64,000 nucleotides of DNA from contig JAVBTT010000021.1 in the NCBI GenBank assembly GCA_031556035.1, positions 1,196-65,195 on the forward strand, in the 5' to 3' direction. This stretch comes from Oscillospiraceae bacterium. GTDB lineage: Bacteria > Bacillota > Clostridia > Oscillospirales > UBA929. Within the stretch, counting starts at the first letter, position 1; each line of letters starts with the position of its first letter. The notes under the pieces were generated by a model, which was given only the letters and a program-made list of their open reading frames with translations, searched no databases and had not been told where the DNA came from. The position numbers and the translations under genes were made by a program. This document shows positions 7,553 through 16,147 of the stretch, one piece after another.

Positions 7553-9370
7553 ATGTGCGGCATCATAGGGTACGCAGGGGACAAAAGAACAAGCGACATC
7601 CTTGTTGAGGGCCTGACCAAACTGGAGTACAGGGGATACGACTCTGCCGGGATAGCGGTAATGACAGACAGCGGTATTGAGGTGCGCAAATGCAAGGGGC
7701 GCATAAAAAACCTGGAGTCGGTGCTTGAGGAAGAGGGCGGGCTTGACGGCTTCTGCGGGGTGGGACACACCCGGTGGGCGACCCACGGCGAGCCGTCGGA
7801 TATAAATTCCCATCCGCATGTCGGCAAACGGATAGCGCTGGTGCACAACGGGATAGTCGAGAATTACATGGCGCTCAGGCATATGCTCGAGGGGCACGGC
7901 TATGTGTTTGAGTCCCAGACAGACACCGAGGTCGCGGCGAAGCTGGTCGACTATTATTTTGACAATGACCCAATTGAAGCGATCGCGCGCGCGGTCGACA
8001 AAATACGGGGTTCGTTCGCGCTGGCGATCATATTCGCCGGCTTTGAGGGCCGCGTATACGCGGCAAGGCGCGGCAACCCCATAATCGCGGGCCTCGGCAA
8101 AAACGAGAACTTTGTCGCGTCCGATATACCCGCCATTCTCAGGTATACGCGAGAGTACTACATACTCGATGAAAACGAGATAGCTGCAGTTACTTCGGAG
8201 GGAGTAACGGTTTGCGATCTCGAGGGTTCGCCGGTGGCAAAGGAGACCCATGTCGCCGAGTGGGACATGGAGGCCGCCGAAAAGGGCGGGTATCCCCACT
8301 TTATGCTGAAGGAAATCATGGAGCAGCCCAGGGCGCTGCGTGACACGGTGTCGCCGCGCGTGCATAACGGGCATATAAGCTTTGAGGACGCCTCCGTCAT
8401 GGATAGGCTTGCAGGCTCAGGCAGGATTTTTATCGCCGCCTGCGGCACCGCGATGCATGCCGGCATGGTGGGCAAGCATCTTATAGAACGTCTGGCGCGT
8501 ATGCCGGTGGAGGTTGACATAGCCAGTGAGTTCCGCTACCGCAACCCGATTATTGGCCTGTCCGACAGCGTCATAATTATTTCGCAGTCCGGGGAGACTG
8601 CGGACACGCTCGCGGCTCTGAGGCTGGCAAAGAGCAGGGGAGCGTTTGTGCTCGGGGTGGTGAATGTTGTGTCGTCTTCAATAGCCAGGGAGGCCGACAG
8701 CGTGATATATACCGCCGCCGGGCCGGAGATAGCGGTTGCGAGCACAAAGGCGTACACGGTGCAGCTGGCGGTTATGACGATGCTGGCGATAGCGCTGGCC
8801 GAGCGCAAGGGGACGGTTTCCTGCGAGGAGGCCGAAGCTCTGACCGGCGAGTTGACGGCTATGCCGGCTTATCTTGATAAGCTTTGCGCCGACACCTCGC
8901 ACTGCCAGTATGTGGCGTCCACTTATCAGAGCGTCCACAATATGTTTTATATCGGGCGCGATCTTGACTACGCGCTGTCTCTGGAAAGCGCGCTCAAGCT
9001 CAAGGAGATATCTTATATCCACAGCGAGGCATATGCCGCTGGCGAGCTCAAGCACGGCACGATATCTCTCATAGAGGACGGGACGCCCGTTATCGCCGTG
9101 GCAACGCAGGACGGTCTTTTTGAGAAAACCGCGTCGAATATAAGGGAGGTTAAGGCTCGCGGAGCGCGGGTGTTGCTAGTCTGCAAAGAGGGGCGGGAGG
9201 ATATGGAGGGGCTGTATGATGACGTGATATTTTTACCTCCCGTATCCGACGTGCTCAGCCCGATAGCGGCTATACTGCCGATGCAGCTTATGGCCTACTA
9301 TACCTCGGTGCTCAGGGGCTGCGATGTGGATAAGCCGCGCAATCTTGCCAAGTCAGTGACGGTGGAGTAG
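7553..9370 (+). CDS. glmS: glutamine--fructose-6-phosphate aminotransferase (isomerizing)
   Basis: MCGIIGY N-terminal nucleophile, two SIS domains, C-terminal NLAKSVTVE. SD AGGGGGA upstream. Confidence 0.97.
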   Translation: MCGIIGYAGDKRTSDILVEGLTKLEYRGYDSAGIAVMTDSGIEVRKCKGRIKNLESVLEEEGGLDGFCGVGHTRWATHGEPSDINSHPHVGKRIALVHNGIVENYMALRHMLEGHGYVFESQTDTEVAAKLVDYYFDNDPIEAIARAVDKIRGSFALAIIFAGFEGRVYAARRGNPIIAGLGKNENFVASDIPAILRYTREYYILDENEIAAVTSEGVTVCDLEGSPVAKETHVAEWDMEAAEKGGYPHFMLKEIMEQPRALRDTVSPRVHNGHISFEDASVMDRLAGSGRIFIAACGTAMHAGMVGKHLIERLARMPVEVDIASEFRYRNPIIGLSDSVIIISQSGETADTLAALRLAKSRGAFVLGVVNVVSSSIAREADSVIYTAAGPEIAVASTKAYTVQLAVMTMLAIALAERKGTVSCEEAEALTGELTAMPAYLDKLCADTSHCQYVASTYQSVHNMFYIGRDLDYALSLESALKLKEISYIHSEAYAAGELKHGTISLIEDGTPVIAVATQDGLFEKTASNIREVKARGARVLLVCKEGREDMEGLYDDVIFLPPVSDVLSPIAAILPMQLMAYYTSVLRGCDVDKPRNLAKSVTVE

Positions 9371-9380
9371 GCTTTGTAGA

Positions 9381-9413
9381 ATGTGTGTCCCCGCCTCCGG
9401 CGGGGACACACAT
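9381..9413 (+). terminator. 15-bp perfect hairpin after glmS (terminator-like; poor U-tract)
   Basis: ATGTGTGTCCCCGCC-TCC-GGCGGGGACACACAT; followed by CGAAAAACTTTC rather than a clean T run. Confidence 0.55.
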
Positions 9414-9444
9414 CGAAAAACTTTCTGATTTAAGGATGAGGTTT

Positions 9445-10341
9445 ATGTCCAGAGGGTCAATAACGAATGCGGTCAATTCAGGCAGACTGCTTGTTGCAGA
9501 CGGGGCCTGGGGAACCGTTATGCAGGGCAAAGGGCTCAAGCCGGGCGAATGCCACGAGCTTTGGAGCCTTGAGCGTCCGGAGGATATAAGGCTGATCGCG
9601 CGGGGCTATGTTGAGGCAGGGGCGGATATCATAGGAACCAACAGCTTCGGAGCGAACCGTCCCAAGCTGGAGCGCTACGGGCTTGGGGCCCGCGCTGCCG
9701 AACTCAACGAGGCGGCGGCGCGGCTGTCCCGCGCGGAGGCGGGGGACGGCGTGCGGGTCATGGGCTCCATGGGTTCTACCGGAAAGCTGCTCATTATGGA
9801 GGACATTACCGGAGAGGAACTCTACGCGGTTTATAAAGAGCAGGCCGAAGCGCTGGAGAGGGGAGGCGCGGACGCCGTGTGCGTTGAAACAATGAGTGAT
9901 ATTGAGGAGGCCTGCATAGCTGTCAGGGCGACCCGGGAAAACACGGGGCTTGAGGTAATCTGCTCGTTTACATTTGAGAGGACTGTCAAAGGGGAGTACC
10001 GCACCATAATGGGGGCTACCCCGGCGCGGGCCGCGCTCGCGGCCGTGGAAGCGGGAGCGCATATAATTGGGACAAACTGCGGGGGAGGCGCTGACAGTAT
10101 GGCCTACATAGTGGCCGAACTCAGGGAGACCTGTCCCGATATTCCGCTGCTGGCAAAACCCAACGCCGGACTGCCCAGGCGGCTGGACGGAAGGGATGTC
10201 TACCCCGCTACACCAGAGGATATGGCGGCATGCGCCGCGGAGCTTGCCAGGGCTGGAGCTGCTATTATAGGAGGCTGCTGCGGCACGACGCCGGAGCATA
10301 TCAGGGCGATAAAGCAAGTTGTTTTGCTGAAAAACAACTGA
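9445..10341 (+). CDS. homocysteine S-methyltransferase family protein (stand-alone MetH N-terminal-like domain)
   Basis: LLVADGAWGT...GADIIGTNSFGAN...GGCCGTTPEHIRAI (zinc-binding Cys cluster). Start set at ATG 9445, after AAGGATGAGG. Confidence 0.8.
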   Translation: MSRGSITNAVNSGRLLVADGAWGTVMQGKGLKPGECHELWSLERPEDIRLIARGYVEAGADIIGTNSFGANRPKLERYGLGARAAELNEAAARLSRAEAGDGVRVMGSMGSTGKLLIMEDITGEELYAVYKEQAEALERGGADAVCVETMSDIEEACIAVRATRENTGLEVICSFTFERTVKGEYRTIMGATPARAALAAVEAGAHIIGTNCGGGADSMAYIVAELRETCPDIPLLAKPNAGLPRRLDGRDVYPATPEDMAACAAELARAGAAIIGGCCGTTPEHIRAIKQVVLLKNN

Positions 10342-10468
10342 ATTACGTGGAAAAATGTTAAGTTTACGAGATTTACAAAGGCAATCTCATATGATAAAAT
10401 TCATAAGAGATATGGATACCTGTAAAAAATCTACAGCAGACAAAATAATACAAGGGGAGATGATCTGA

Positions 10469-11944
10469 TTGATCAACGTGCCTAAGGTCAGGCTTGGGAT
10501 AGTGGCGGTCAGCCGCGACTGCTTCCCGATGCAGCTCAGCAGGTCACGTGCGGAGAGGGTGGCGGGGGAATGCCGGAAGTCCATGCCGGATGTCTACCTT
10601 GCCGATACTGTGGTGGAAAACGAGAAGGACGCTCTGAAGGCCCTGGCTGAGCTCAGGGAATCCGGCGTCAATGCCCTGATGATATATCTCGGCAACTTTG
10701 GGCCGGAGGGTCCGGAGACATACATCGCGCAGGAGTTTAACGGCCCGGTGATGATAGCGGCGGCGGCCGAAGAGAGCGGGAGCAACCTGATCGACGGACG
10801 CGGCGATGCCTACTGCGGTGTGCTCAACTGCTCCTACAATCTGGCGTTGCGCGGGGTGAGGGCGTATATACCTGAGTATCCGGTCGGGCTGCCCTCCGAG
10901 GTTGCCCAAATGGCGGAGGAATTTGTACCGATAGCCGCCGCGCTGATAGGCGTATCTAAGCTGAAGCTCTTCGGCTTCGGGCCGCGTCCATACGACTTCC
11001 TGGCCTGCAACGCGCCGATAAAGCCGCTGTACGATCTGGGCGTCACGGTTATGGAGAACTCGGAGCTCGACCTCTTCGCTTCTTTCAACGCACATAAGGA
11101 CGACAAGCGCATAGACGCGGTTGTCGAGGATATGGCAAGGGAATTGGGTACAGGCAATAAGCACTCGGGAGTGCTGACTCGGCTTGCCCAGTATGAGCTG
11201 ACGCTGCTTGATTTCATGGAGGCAAATCTCGGCTATTGCGAATATGCGGTGTTCGCCAACAAATGCTGGCCCGCGTTCCAGACGCAATTCGGCTTCGTGC
11301 CCTGCTATGTGAACTCGCGCCTCGCCGCGAGGGGAATCCCTGTGGCTTGCGAGACCGACATATACGGAGCTCTTACAGAGTATATACTTACCTGCGTGAC
11401 CGGAAGCCCGGCCACTCTGCTGGACATAAACAACACGGTGCCGCAGGACATGATCGACCCCACCGCGATAAAGCCGTATTCGCCCGGCGACCTGTTTATG
11501 GGCTTTCACTGCGGAAATACGGCCGCCTGCCTGTTAAAGGCGCCTGCGATGGAGCATCAGCGCATAATGAAACGTGCGCTTGAGCCGGACGGCGAGCCCG
11601 ATATTACGCGCGGCACGATTGAGGGCGCGATAAGGGCGGGCGAGGTCACGATATTCCGCATTCAGTCCACCGCCGGGTGCGAGCTCAAGAGCTACATCGC
11701 GGAGGGTGATGTGCTGGACATGGATCCGCGCTCGTTCGGAGGCATAGGGGTGTTCGCGATCCCCGAAATGAGGCGCTTCTACCGCCATGTGCTTGTTGAA
11801 AAGAATTACCCTCACCACGCGGGGATAGGCTTCAAGCGATGCGGAAAGGCTCTGTTCGAGGTAATGAAGCTGCTCGGGGTGGGAGATATTGCCTATAATC
11901 GTCCGGCAAGTCTGCCTTATCAGACCGAGAACCCATTTAAATAG
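10469..11944 (+). CDS. L-fucose/L-arabinose isomerase family protein
   Basis: Length and pattern (RLGIVAVSRDCFP...MIYLGNFG...CETDIYGALTEYIL...FHCGN) match the FucI-like sugar isomerase superfamily. TTG start after AAGGGGAG. Substrate unknown. Confidence 0.7.
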   Translation: MINVPKVRLGIVAVSRDCFPMQLSRSRAERVAGECRKSMPDVYLADTVVENEKDALKALAELRESGVNALMIYLGNFGPEGPETYIAQEFNGPVMIAAAAEESGSNLIDGRGDAYCGVLNCSYNLALRGVRAYIPEYPVGLPSEVAQMAEEFVPIAAALIGVSKLKLFGFGPRPYDFLACNAPIKPLYDLGVTVMENSELDLFASFNAHKDDKRIDAVVEDMARELGTGNKHSGVLTRLAQYELTLLDFMEANLGYCEYAVFANKCWPAFQTQFGFVPCYVNSRLAARGIPVACETDIYGALTEYILTCVTGSPATLLDINNTVPQDMIDPTAIKPYSPGDLFMGFHCGNTAACLLKAPAMEHQRIMKRALEPDGEPDITRGTIEGAIRAGEVTIFRIQSTAGCELKSYIAEGDVLDMDPRSFGGIGVFAIPEMRRFYRHVLVEKNYPHHAGIGFKRCGKALFEVMKLLGVGDIAYNRPASLPYQTENPFK

Positions 11945-11956
11945 GGACAGACGTTG

Positions 11957-11990
11957 GGGATGCCGCTTCCGCCTGCGAAGCCGGCATCCC
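11957..11990 (+). terminator. intrinsic terminator after the isomerase-family gene
   Basis: GGGATGCCGCTTC (11957-11969) pairs with GAAGC(C)GGCATCCC (11977-11990), followed by TTAATATTT. Confidence 0.65.
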
Positions 11991-12077
11991 TTAATATTTG
12001 CTTAACCATCTGATATTTAAGTTGCCAAAAAAACTGCCCTGTGGTAAAATATCGTGAAATGGATGGAGGGGCGATAC

Positions 12078-12809
12078 ATGAAGGTGGACGTGCTCGGCAT
12101 CGGCTTTGACAGCGTGACACTCGCGGAAGCGGTGACGCGCGCTGTGGCTATGTCCGGGGACGGCAGGCCTCATTACATTGTTACGCCAAATCCGGAAATA
12201 CTGTATAAATGCGTTACGAACAAGGACCTTCGCGACGCTGTGGGTGACGCGGACATGGTTTTAGCCGACGGGATAGGCGTTGTCAAGGCGTCACGCAAGC
12301 TCGAGAGACCTCTGCCCGAGCGTGTGGCGGGCTTTGATTTTGCAAATACACTTTTGCCGGAGCTGGTAAGGCACAACAAACGCCTGTTTTTGCTGGGTTC
12401 AAAGCCAGGTATAGCGGAAAAGGCCGCAGAACGCCTGAAGGCAGAGCATATGGGGCTTCGTATATGCGGGGCCGGGGACGGGTATTTCACGGATGACAGG
12501 CAAGTGACCGATAAAATTGTCAATGCAGGCGCGGACGTCGTGTTCGTATGCCTGGGGGCGCCTAAGCAGGAGCTGTGGATGGCCCGGAACATAGGGGGGG
12601 TCGGGCACGCGCTGATGGTGGGACTGGGGGGCTCGATCGACCACTGGGCCGGCGTCATGAAGCGTGCTCCGGCGATATTCAGAAGGCTGGGCCTCGAGTG
12701 GCTGTACAGATTTATAAGGTATCCGAGCAGGCTTGGGCGTGCGATTTTTATCCCGAGGTTTTTGCGAGCTGTAAGCCGGCAGAGAAAAGAGGAAAGCAAG
12801 CATGGTTAG
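12078..12809 (+). CDS. tagA: WecB/TagA/CpsF family glycosyltransferase
   Basis: VDVLGIGFDSVT...IVTPNPEILY...DMVLADGIGVV...FLLGSKPG...VCLGAPKQE. Start set at ATG 12078, 7 nt after GGAGGGG. Confidence 0.85.
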   Translation: MKVDVLGIGFDSVTLAEAVTRAVAMSGDGRPHYIVTPNPEILYKCVTNKDLRDAVGDADMVLADGIGVVKASRKLERPLPERVAGFDFANTLLPELVRHNKRLFLLGSKPGIAEKAAERLKAEHMGLRICGAGDGYFTDDRQVTDKIVNAGADVVFVCLGAPKQELWMARNIGGVGHALMVGLGGSIDHWAGVMKRAPAIFRRLGLEWLYRFIRYPSRLGRAIFIPRFLRAVSRQRKEESKHG

Positions 12810-13479
12810 CCTGTTGACATATACGCCTGAGCCGGAAAAAATTGTTGCCGCCGCGGCGAAGAACTGCTACAGCGGCGCAGGGGCACAGGCCCTAATGGAC
12901 GGCATGGACGGTGCCGAGGTGGAAAAGTTTCTGAATAAGTTCATGTCCATGGGGCATGAGAGCGTGCTTGAGCATGTCAGCTTCACCTTCTCGGTCGACG
13001 GGGTGTCCAGATCGCTGTTGGCGCAGATAACAAGGCACCGCATAGCTTCATTCAGTGTTAAATCCCAGAGATATGTTAAGGAAAAGAGTTTTGAGAGGGT
13101 AACGCCACACACGATAGAGGAAAATATACATGCCCTTGAGCTGTTCGACGCGGCGATGATATTGGCGGAGGAGACGTACAGGGGACTTCTGGATATGGGG
13201 ATACCCAAGGAGGATGCCCGCTTTGTGCTTCCCAATGCGTGCGCGACCAATATTCTGTTTACAATGAACGCCAGGGAGCTCCGCCACTTTTTCAAGCTGC
13301 GCTGCTGTAACAGAGCGCAGTGGGAAATAAGGGAGCTGGCTTGCGATATGCTGGCGCTGGTGAAAAAAGCCGCGCCGTTGCTGTTTGTGAACGCTGGGCC
13401 AGCCTGTGTTCGCGGAATCTGTCCGGAGGGCAAGCTCACCTGTGGCAGGATGGATGAGGTTCGAAAGCGCTTTTCTTAG
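12802..13479 (+). CDS. thyX: FAD-dependent thymidylate synthase
   Basis: ThyX signature RHRIASFSVKSQRYV (RHRxxSxxxxSxR). ATG overlaps the tagA stop by 8 nt (ATGGTTAG). Confidence 0.92.
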   Translation: MVSLLTYTPEPEKIVAAAAKNCYSGAGAQALMDGMDGAEVEKFLNKFMSMGHESVLEHVSFTFSVDGVSRSLLAQITRHRIASFSVKSQRYVKEKSFERVTPHTIEENIHALELFDAAMILAEETYRGLLDMGIPKEDARFVLPNACATNILFTMNARELRHFFKLRCCNRAQWEIRELACDMLALVKKAAPLLFVNAGPACVRGICPEGKLTCGRMDEVRKRFS

Positions 13480-13558
13480 GGGATGAGTTGAAGCGGCGGC
13501 GTCTGAATTTTGCCGAGAGGCGCCCTAAACAATATAGCCGGTGACGGCCCCGGCGGAA

Positions 13559-14440
13559 ATGCGATTTATGTTTCGCCCCCTTGAGCTTTCCGACAAAGAG
13601 CTCTTTATGTCCTATACCCTGAGAGGGGATTACAGAAACGTCGAGGCGGGGTTTGCCTGCGCCTATATTTGGCGTCATAAATACAATCACGAGATATACA
13701 CCACGAACAACGCGATGTATATCAAGTTCAACGACGGCGAGGCCGACTATGTAACCCCGTTCGGTGTCCGGAACTGGCGGAAAGCTATGGAAGAACTGGA
13801 CGCACTTGATCCGGGGGCTTCACTCGGCGAGCTTACCGGCGAGGATGTGGCCGCGATAGAAGAGGCGGTTCCCGGCAGGTACGAGTTTATTGAAAACAGG
13901 AATATCACCGACTATCTCTATCTGCAGAGCGAGCTTGCTGAGTTTTCCGGCAAAAAGTTTCATTCAAAGCGGAATTTCTGCTCCCGTTTTGAGCGCGAGT
14001 ATGAGGGACGCTGGCGCTTTGAGGAGATAACTGAGAAGAACATAGACGACGTATGGCTTTTTCACGACGCCTGGTCGCGAAAAAACGGGGGGAGCTCGAG
14101 CCTGACCCTCCAGGAGGAGAGCACCACCATCGCGCTGTTGCTTTACAACCTCAACACTTTGGGAGCGCGTGGCGGGCTTTTGAGGGCGAACGGCAAGGTT
14201 GTGGCCTTTACGGCGGGGGCGCCTGTTTCCAGGGACACATACGATGTATCCGTGGAAAAGGCGGATTACGACATTGTGGGCGCGTATCCTATGATTTGCA
14301 GAGAATTTGTTAGAAATGTCTGTAATGGCTATCAGTTTATCAACCGCGAGGACGATATGGGGCTTGAGAACCTTCGGAAGGCCAAGCTGAGCTATAATCC
14401 GGTTATGCTTATAAATAAGTACAACGCCTTTAAGAGGTGA
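13559..14440 (+). CDS. DUF2156 domain protein (MprF C-terminal-like, GNAT-fold)
   Basis: FRPLELSDKELF...GFACAYIWRHKYN...KKFHSKRNFCSRFE matches my memory of stand-alone DUF2156 proteins. Start ambiguous (13541 GTG, 13559 or 13568 ATG). Confidence 0.6.
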   Translation: MRFMFRPLELSDKELFMSYTLRGDYRNVEAGFACAYIWRHKYNHEIYTTNNAMYIKFNDGEADYVTPFGVRNWRKAMEELDALDPGASLGELTGEDVAAIEEAVPGRYEFIENRNITDYLYLQSELAEFSGKKFHSKRNFCSRFEREYEGRWRFEEITEKNIDDVWLFHDAWSRKNGGSSSLTLQEESTTIALLLYNLNTLGARGGLLRANGKVVAFTAGAPVSRDTYDVSVEKADYDIVGAYPMICREFVRNVCNGYQFINREDDMGLENLRKAKLSYNPVMLINKYNAFKR

Positions 14441-14441
14441 T

Positions 14442-15263
14442 ATGATGGAGCTCAGGTATGCCGCTGAAGGCGATGACCTTGGAGGGCTTTGGCGCTCAGT
14501 GTTCTCCGGGGATGACGGCGGCGTCTACTTTGCCCGGGATTTTTCAGGCGCCGGAGTGCTTGTCTGCGCGGACGTCGGGGAAGTCGTATCCATGCTCCAC
14601 TGGATAACGCAGGATATGCGACTGTGGGGCGAGACCGTGCCGTGCGCGTATATAATGGGCGTGGGGACTCGCGCGGATTACCGGGGCAGGGGACTGGCGG
14701 GGGACTTGATTGAGCAGGCGCTGTTTGAGCTGCATCTGAGAAAGATACCGCTTGCCTGCCTGATTCCGGCTGAGCAGTCGCTCGCTGGATTTTACGCGAG
14801 GTACGGCTTTTACCAGGCGGGTGCGCGCATGAGGGCCCCGGCTGAACTCAAGCGGTATCCTGGGGCGGGGGATTCGGATATACCGCGACTGAACGGGCTG
14901 TACGAGGATATGCTGCGCGGTCTTCCGCATTTGATCCGGTCGAGAGAACGTTGGGAGGCTATATTGGACGAGTATGACGTTGAGCTCGGGCGGGAAGGGG
15001 AGTACGCGGTCTTTGACCGGGGCGTATGGCTTGAAGGAACCGGAGGGGCTGTCGAGAAGGGGCATCCTGCCGCCGCCTGCCTGAGGGTAGTGGAGGCTAA
15101 GGCAATTGCCGCGCTTGCCGAAAAAAGCGGCAAGCCAGCGCCGTCGGCGCTGTATGATGACTGTTGCCCGTGGAATGGCACGGACGGCAAAGAGGGAGCT
15201 CGAACAGCTGAGGAACTGTGGTTTTCTGACGAGCCGCCTTACATTAACCTATTGTACAACTGA
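14442..15263 (+). CDS. GNAT family N-acetyltransferase (Eis-like N-terminal domain)
   Basis: Acetyl-CoA binding motif A: GVGTRADYRGRGLAGDLIEQAL, then GFYARYGF. Starts 1 nt after the upstream stop. Confidence 0.65.
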   Translation: MMELRYAAEGDDLGGLWRSVFSGDDGGVYFARDFSGAGVLVCADVGEVVSMLHWITQDMRLWGETVPCAYIMGVGTRADYRGRGLAGDLIEQALFELHLRKIPLACLIPAEQSLAGFYARYGFYQAGARMRAPAELKRYPGAGDSDIPRLNGLYEDMLRGLPHLIRSRERWEAILDEYDVELGREGEYAVFDRGVWLEGTGGAVEKGHPAAACLRVVEAKAIAALAEKSGKPAPSALYDDCCPWNGTDGKEGARTAEELWFSDEPPYINLLYN

Positions 15264-15277
15264 AAGGATGCTGGGAC

Positions 15278-15847
15278 ATGGTAGCTGTTTTGCTTGCGGA
15301 CGGATTTGAAACGGCGGAGGCGCTGATTCCTGTAGACATACTGCGCCGCGCGGGGGTCGAGGTTGTTCTTGCGGGAGTCGGCTCAATTGAGGTCGTATCT
15401 TCGCACAGAGTCCCGGTCAGGGCGGATCAGACACTGGAGGAGTTGAATTCCGCTGAGCTTGAGATGCTTGTGCTTCCGGGCGGAGGAGTCGGGGTTGAAA
15501 ATCTTGGTAAGAGTGAGGCAGTTAGGGCTCTGATTCTCAAAATGTCGGAGGAGGGCAAATTGATAGGAGCCATATGCGCTGCTCCGGTGCTGCTTGCCGA
15601 GCTTGGGATACTTGAGGGAAAGCGCGCAGTCTGCTTCCCGTCCATGACGGACGAGCTCGTCAAATATGGGGCAAGACTTCAAGCTGACGAGAGAGTCACC
15701 CATGACCGCAATATAATAACCGCGCAGGCGGCCGGCTCCAGCTTTGATTTCGGTTTCAAGCTGGTCGCGATGTTGCTGGGTTGGCAGGCTTCCGAAAAAG
15801 TCAGAAAAAACATGTATTATCCCGAGCTTGCGGTGGCCCTGACCTGA
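15278..15847 (+). CDS. DJ-1/PfpI family protein
   Basis: VAVLLADGFETAEALIPVDILRRAG...GAICAAPVLLAELG (nucleophile-elbow Cys), typical ~190 aa length. Confidence 0.85.
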   Translation: MVAVLLADGFETAEALIPVDILRRAGVEVVLAGVGSIEVVSSHRVPVRADQTLEELNSAELEMLVLPGGGVGVENLGKSEAVRALILKMSEEGKLIGAICAAPVLLAELGILEGKRAVCFPSMTDELVKYGARLQADERVTHDRNIITAQAAGSSFDFGFKLVAMLLGWQASEKVRKNMYYPELAVALT

Positions 15848-15884
15848 TTTCATTATGGCATGTCTTTTTTAACATAAGGGAAAA

Positions 15885-15902
15885 GCGGGGCGTACGCCCC
15901 GC
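15885..15902 (-). terminator. intrinsic terminator for the minus-strand small ORF (may also stop the plus-strand DJ-1 transcript)
   Basis: GCGGGGCG-TA-CGCCCCGC perfect palindrome. On the minus strand it is followed by TTTTCCC. Confidence 0.6.
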
Positions 15903-15935
15903 ATAAGCTGTGTCCTATTGCTTATTTGCAGGATA

Positions 15936-16025
15936 TTAGTCGCCGCAGCAGCAGCACATAAGAACGACGATGATCAGGATGATCCAGATGCAGCTGTTAT
16001 CCTCGAAAAGACCTTTAAAGCACAT
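15936..16025 (-). CDS. unannotated 29-aa Cys-rich hydrophobic peptide
   Basis: Below the ORF-track cut-off. ATG at 16025 preceded by AGAGGTGA + 5 nt; reads MCFKGLFEDNSCIWIILIIVVLMCCCCGD; TAA at 15936-15938; terminator 34 nt downstream. Confidence 0.45.
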   Translation of the reverse strand: MCFKGLFEDNSCIWIILIIVVLMCCCCGD

Positions 16026-16147
16026 GAAAGTCACCTCTCTGCGATATTTGACGGAAGGCGTGAGCCTTTCTCATCTGCCTTATTCTATGCGATGCGCTTA
16101 GCGCTGGTTACAGGTCGGGATAATTTTGTGAAATGGAAAGGTTAGAT

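Noticed and set aside
10544-11509. Long antisense or out-of-frame ORFs opposite well-supported genes (for example 5054-5857, 7535-8374, 9478-10317, 10544-11509, 18474-19298, 43742-44639 group, 47612-48343, 53655-54557, 57543-58547, 61393-62187)
   Set aside because: Each lies entirely inside a gene with unmistakable family motifs on the other strand or frame. Their translations are Arg/Pro/Gly/His-rich with no recognisable motifs and no SD. This is typical of stop-poor shadow frames in GC-rich DNA.
15918-16145. 75-aa plus-strand ORF overlapping the small Cys-rich peptide gene and the mltG start
   Set aside because: It has a TTG start without an SD and low-complexity content (AAAAHKNDDDQDDPD). 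The opposite-strand 29-aa ORF has an SD and a terminator and explains the region better.
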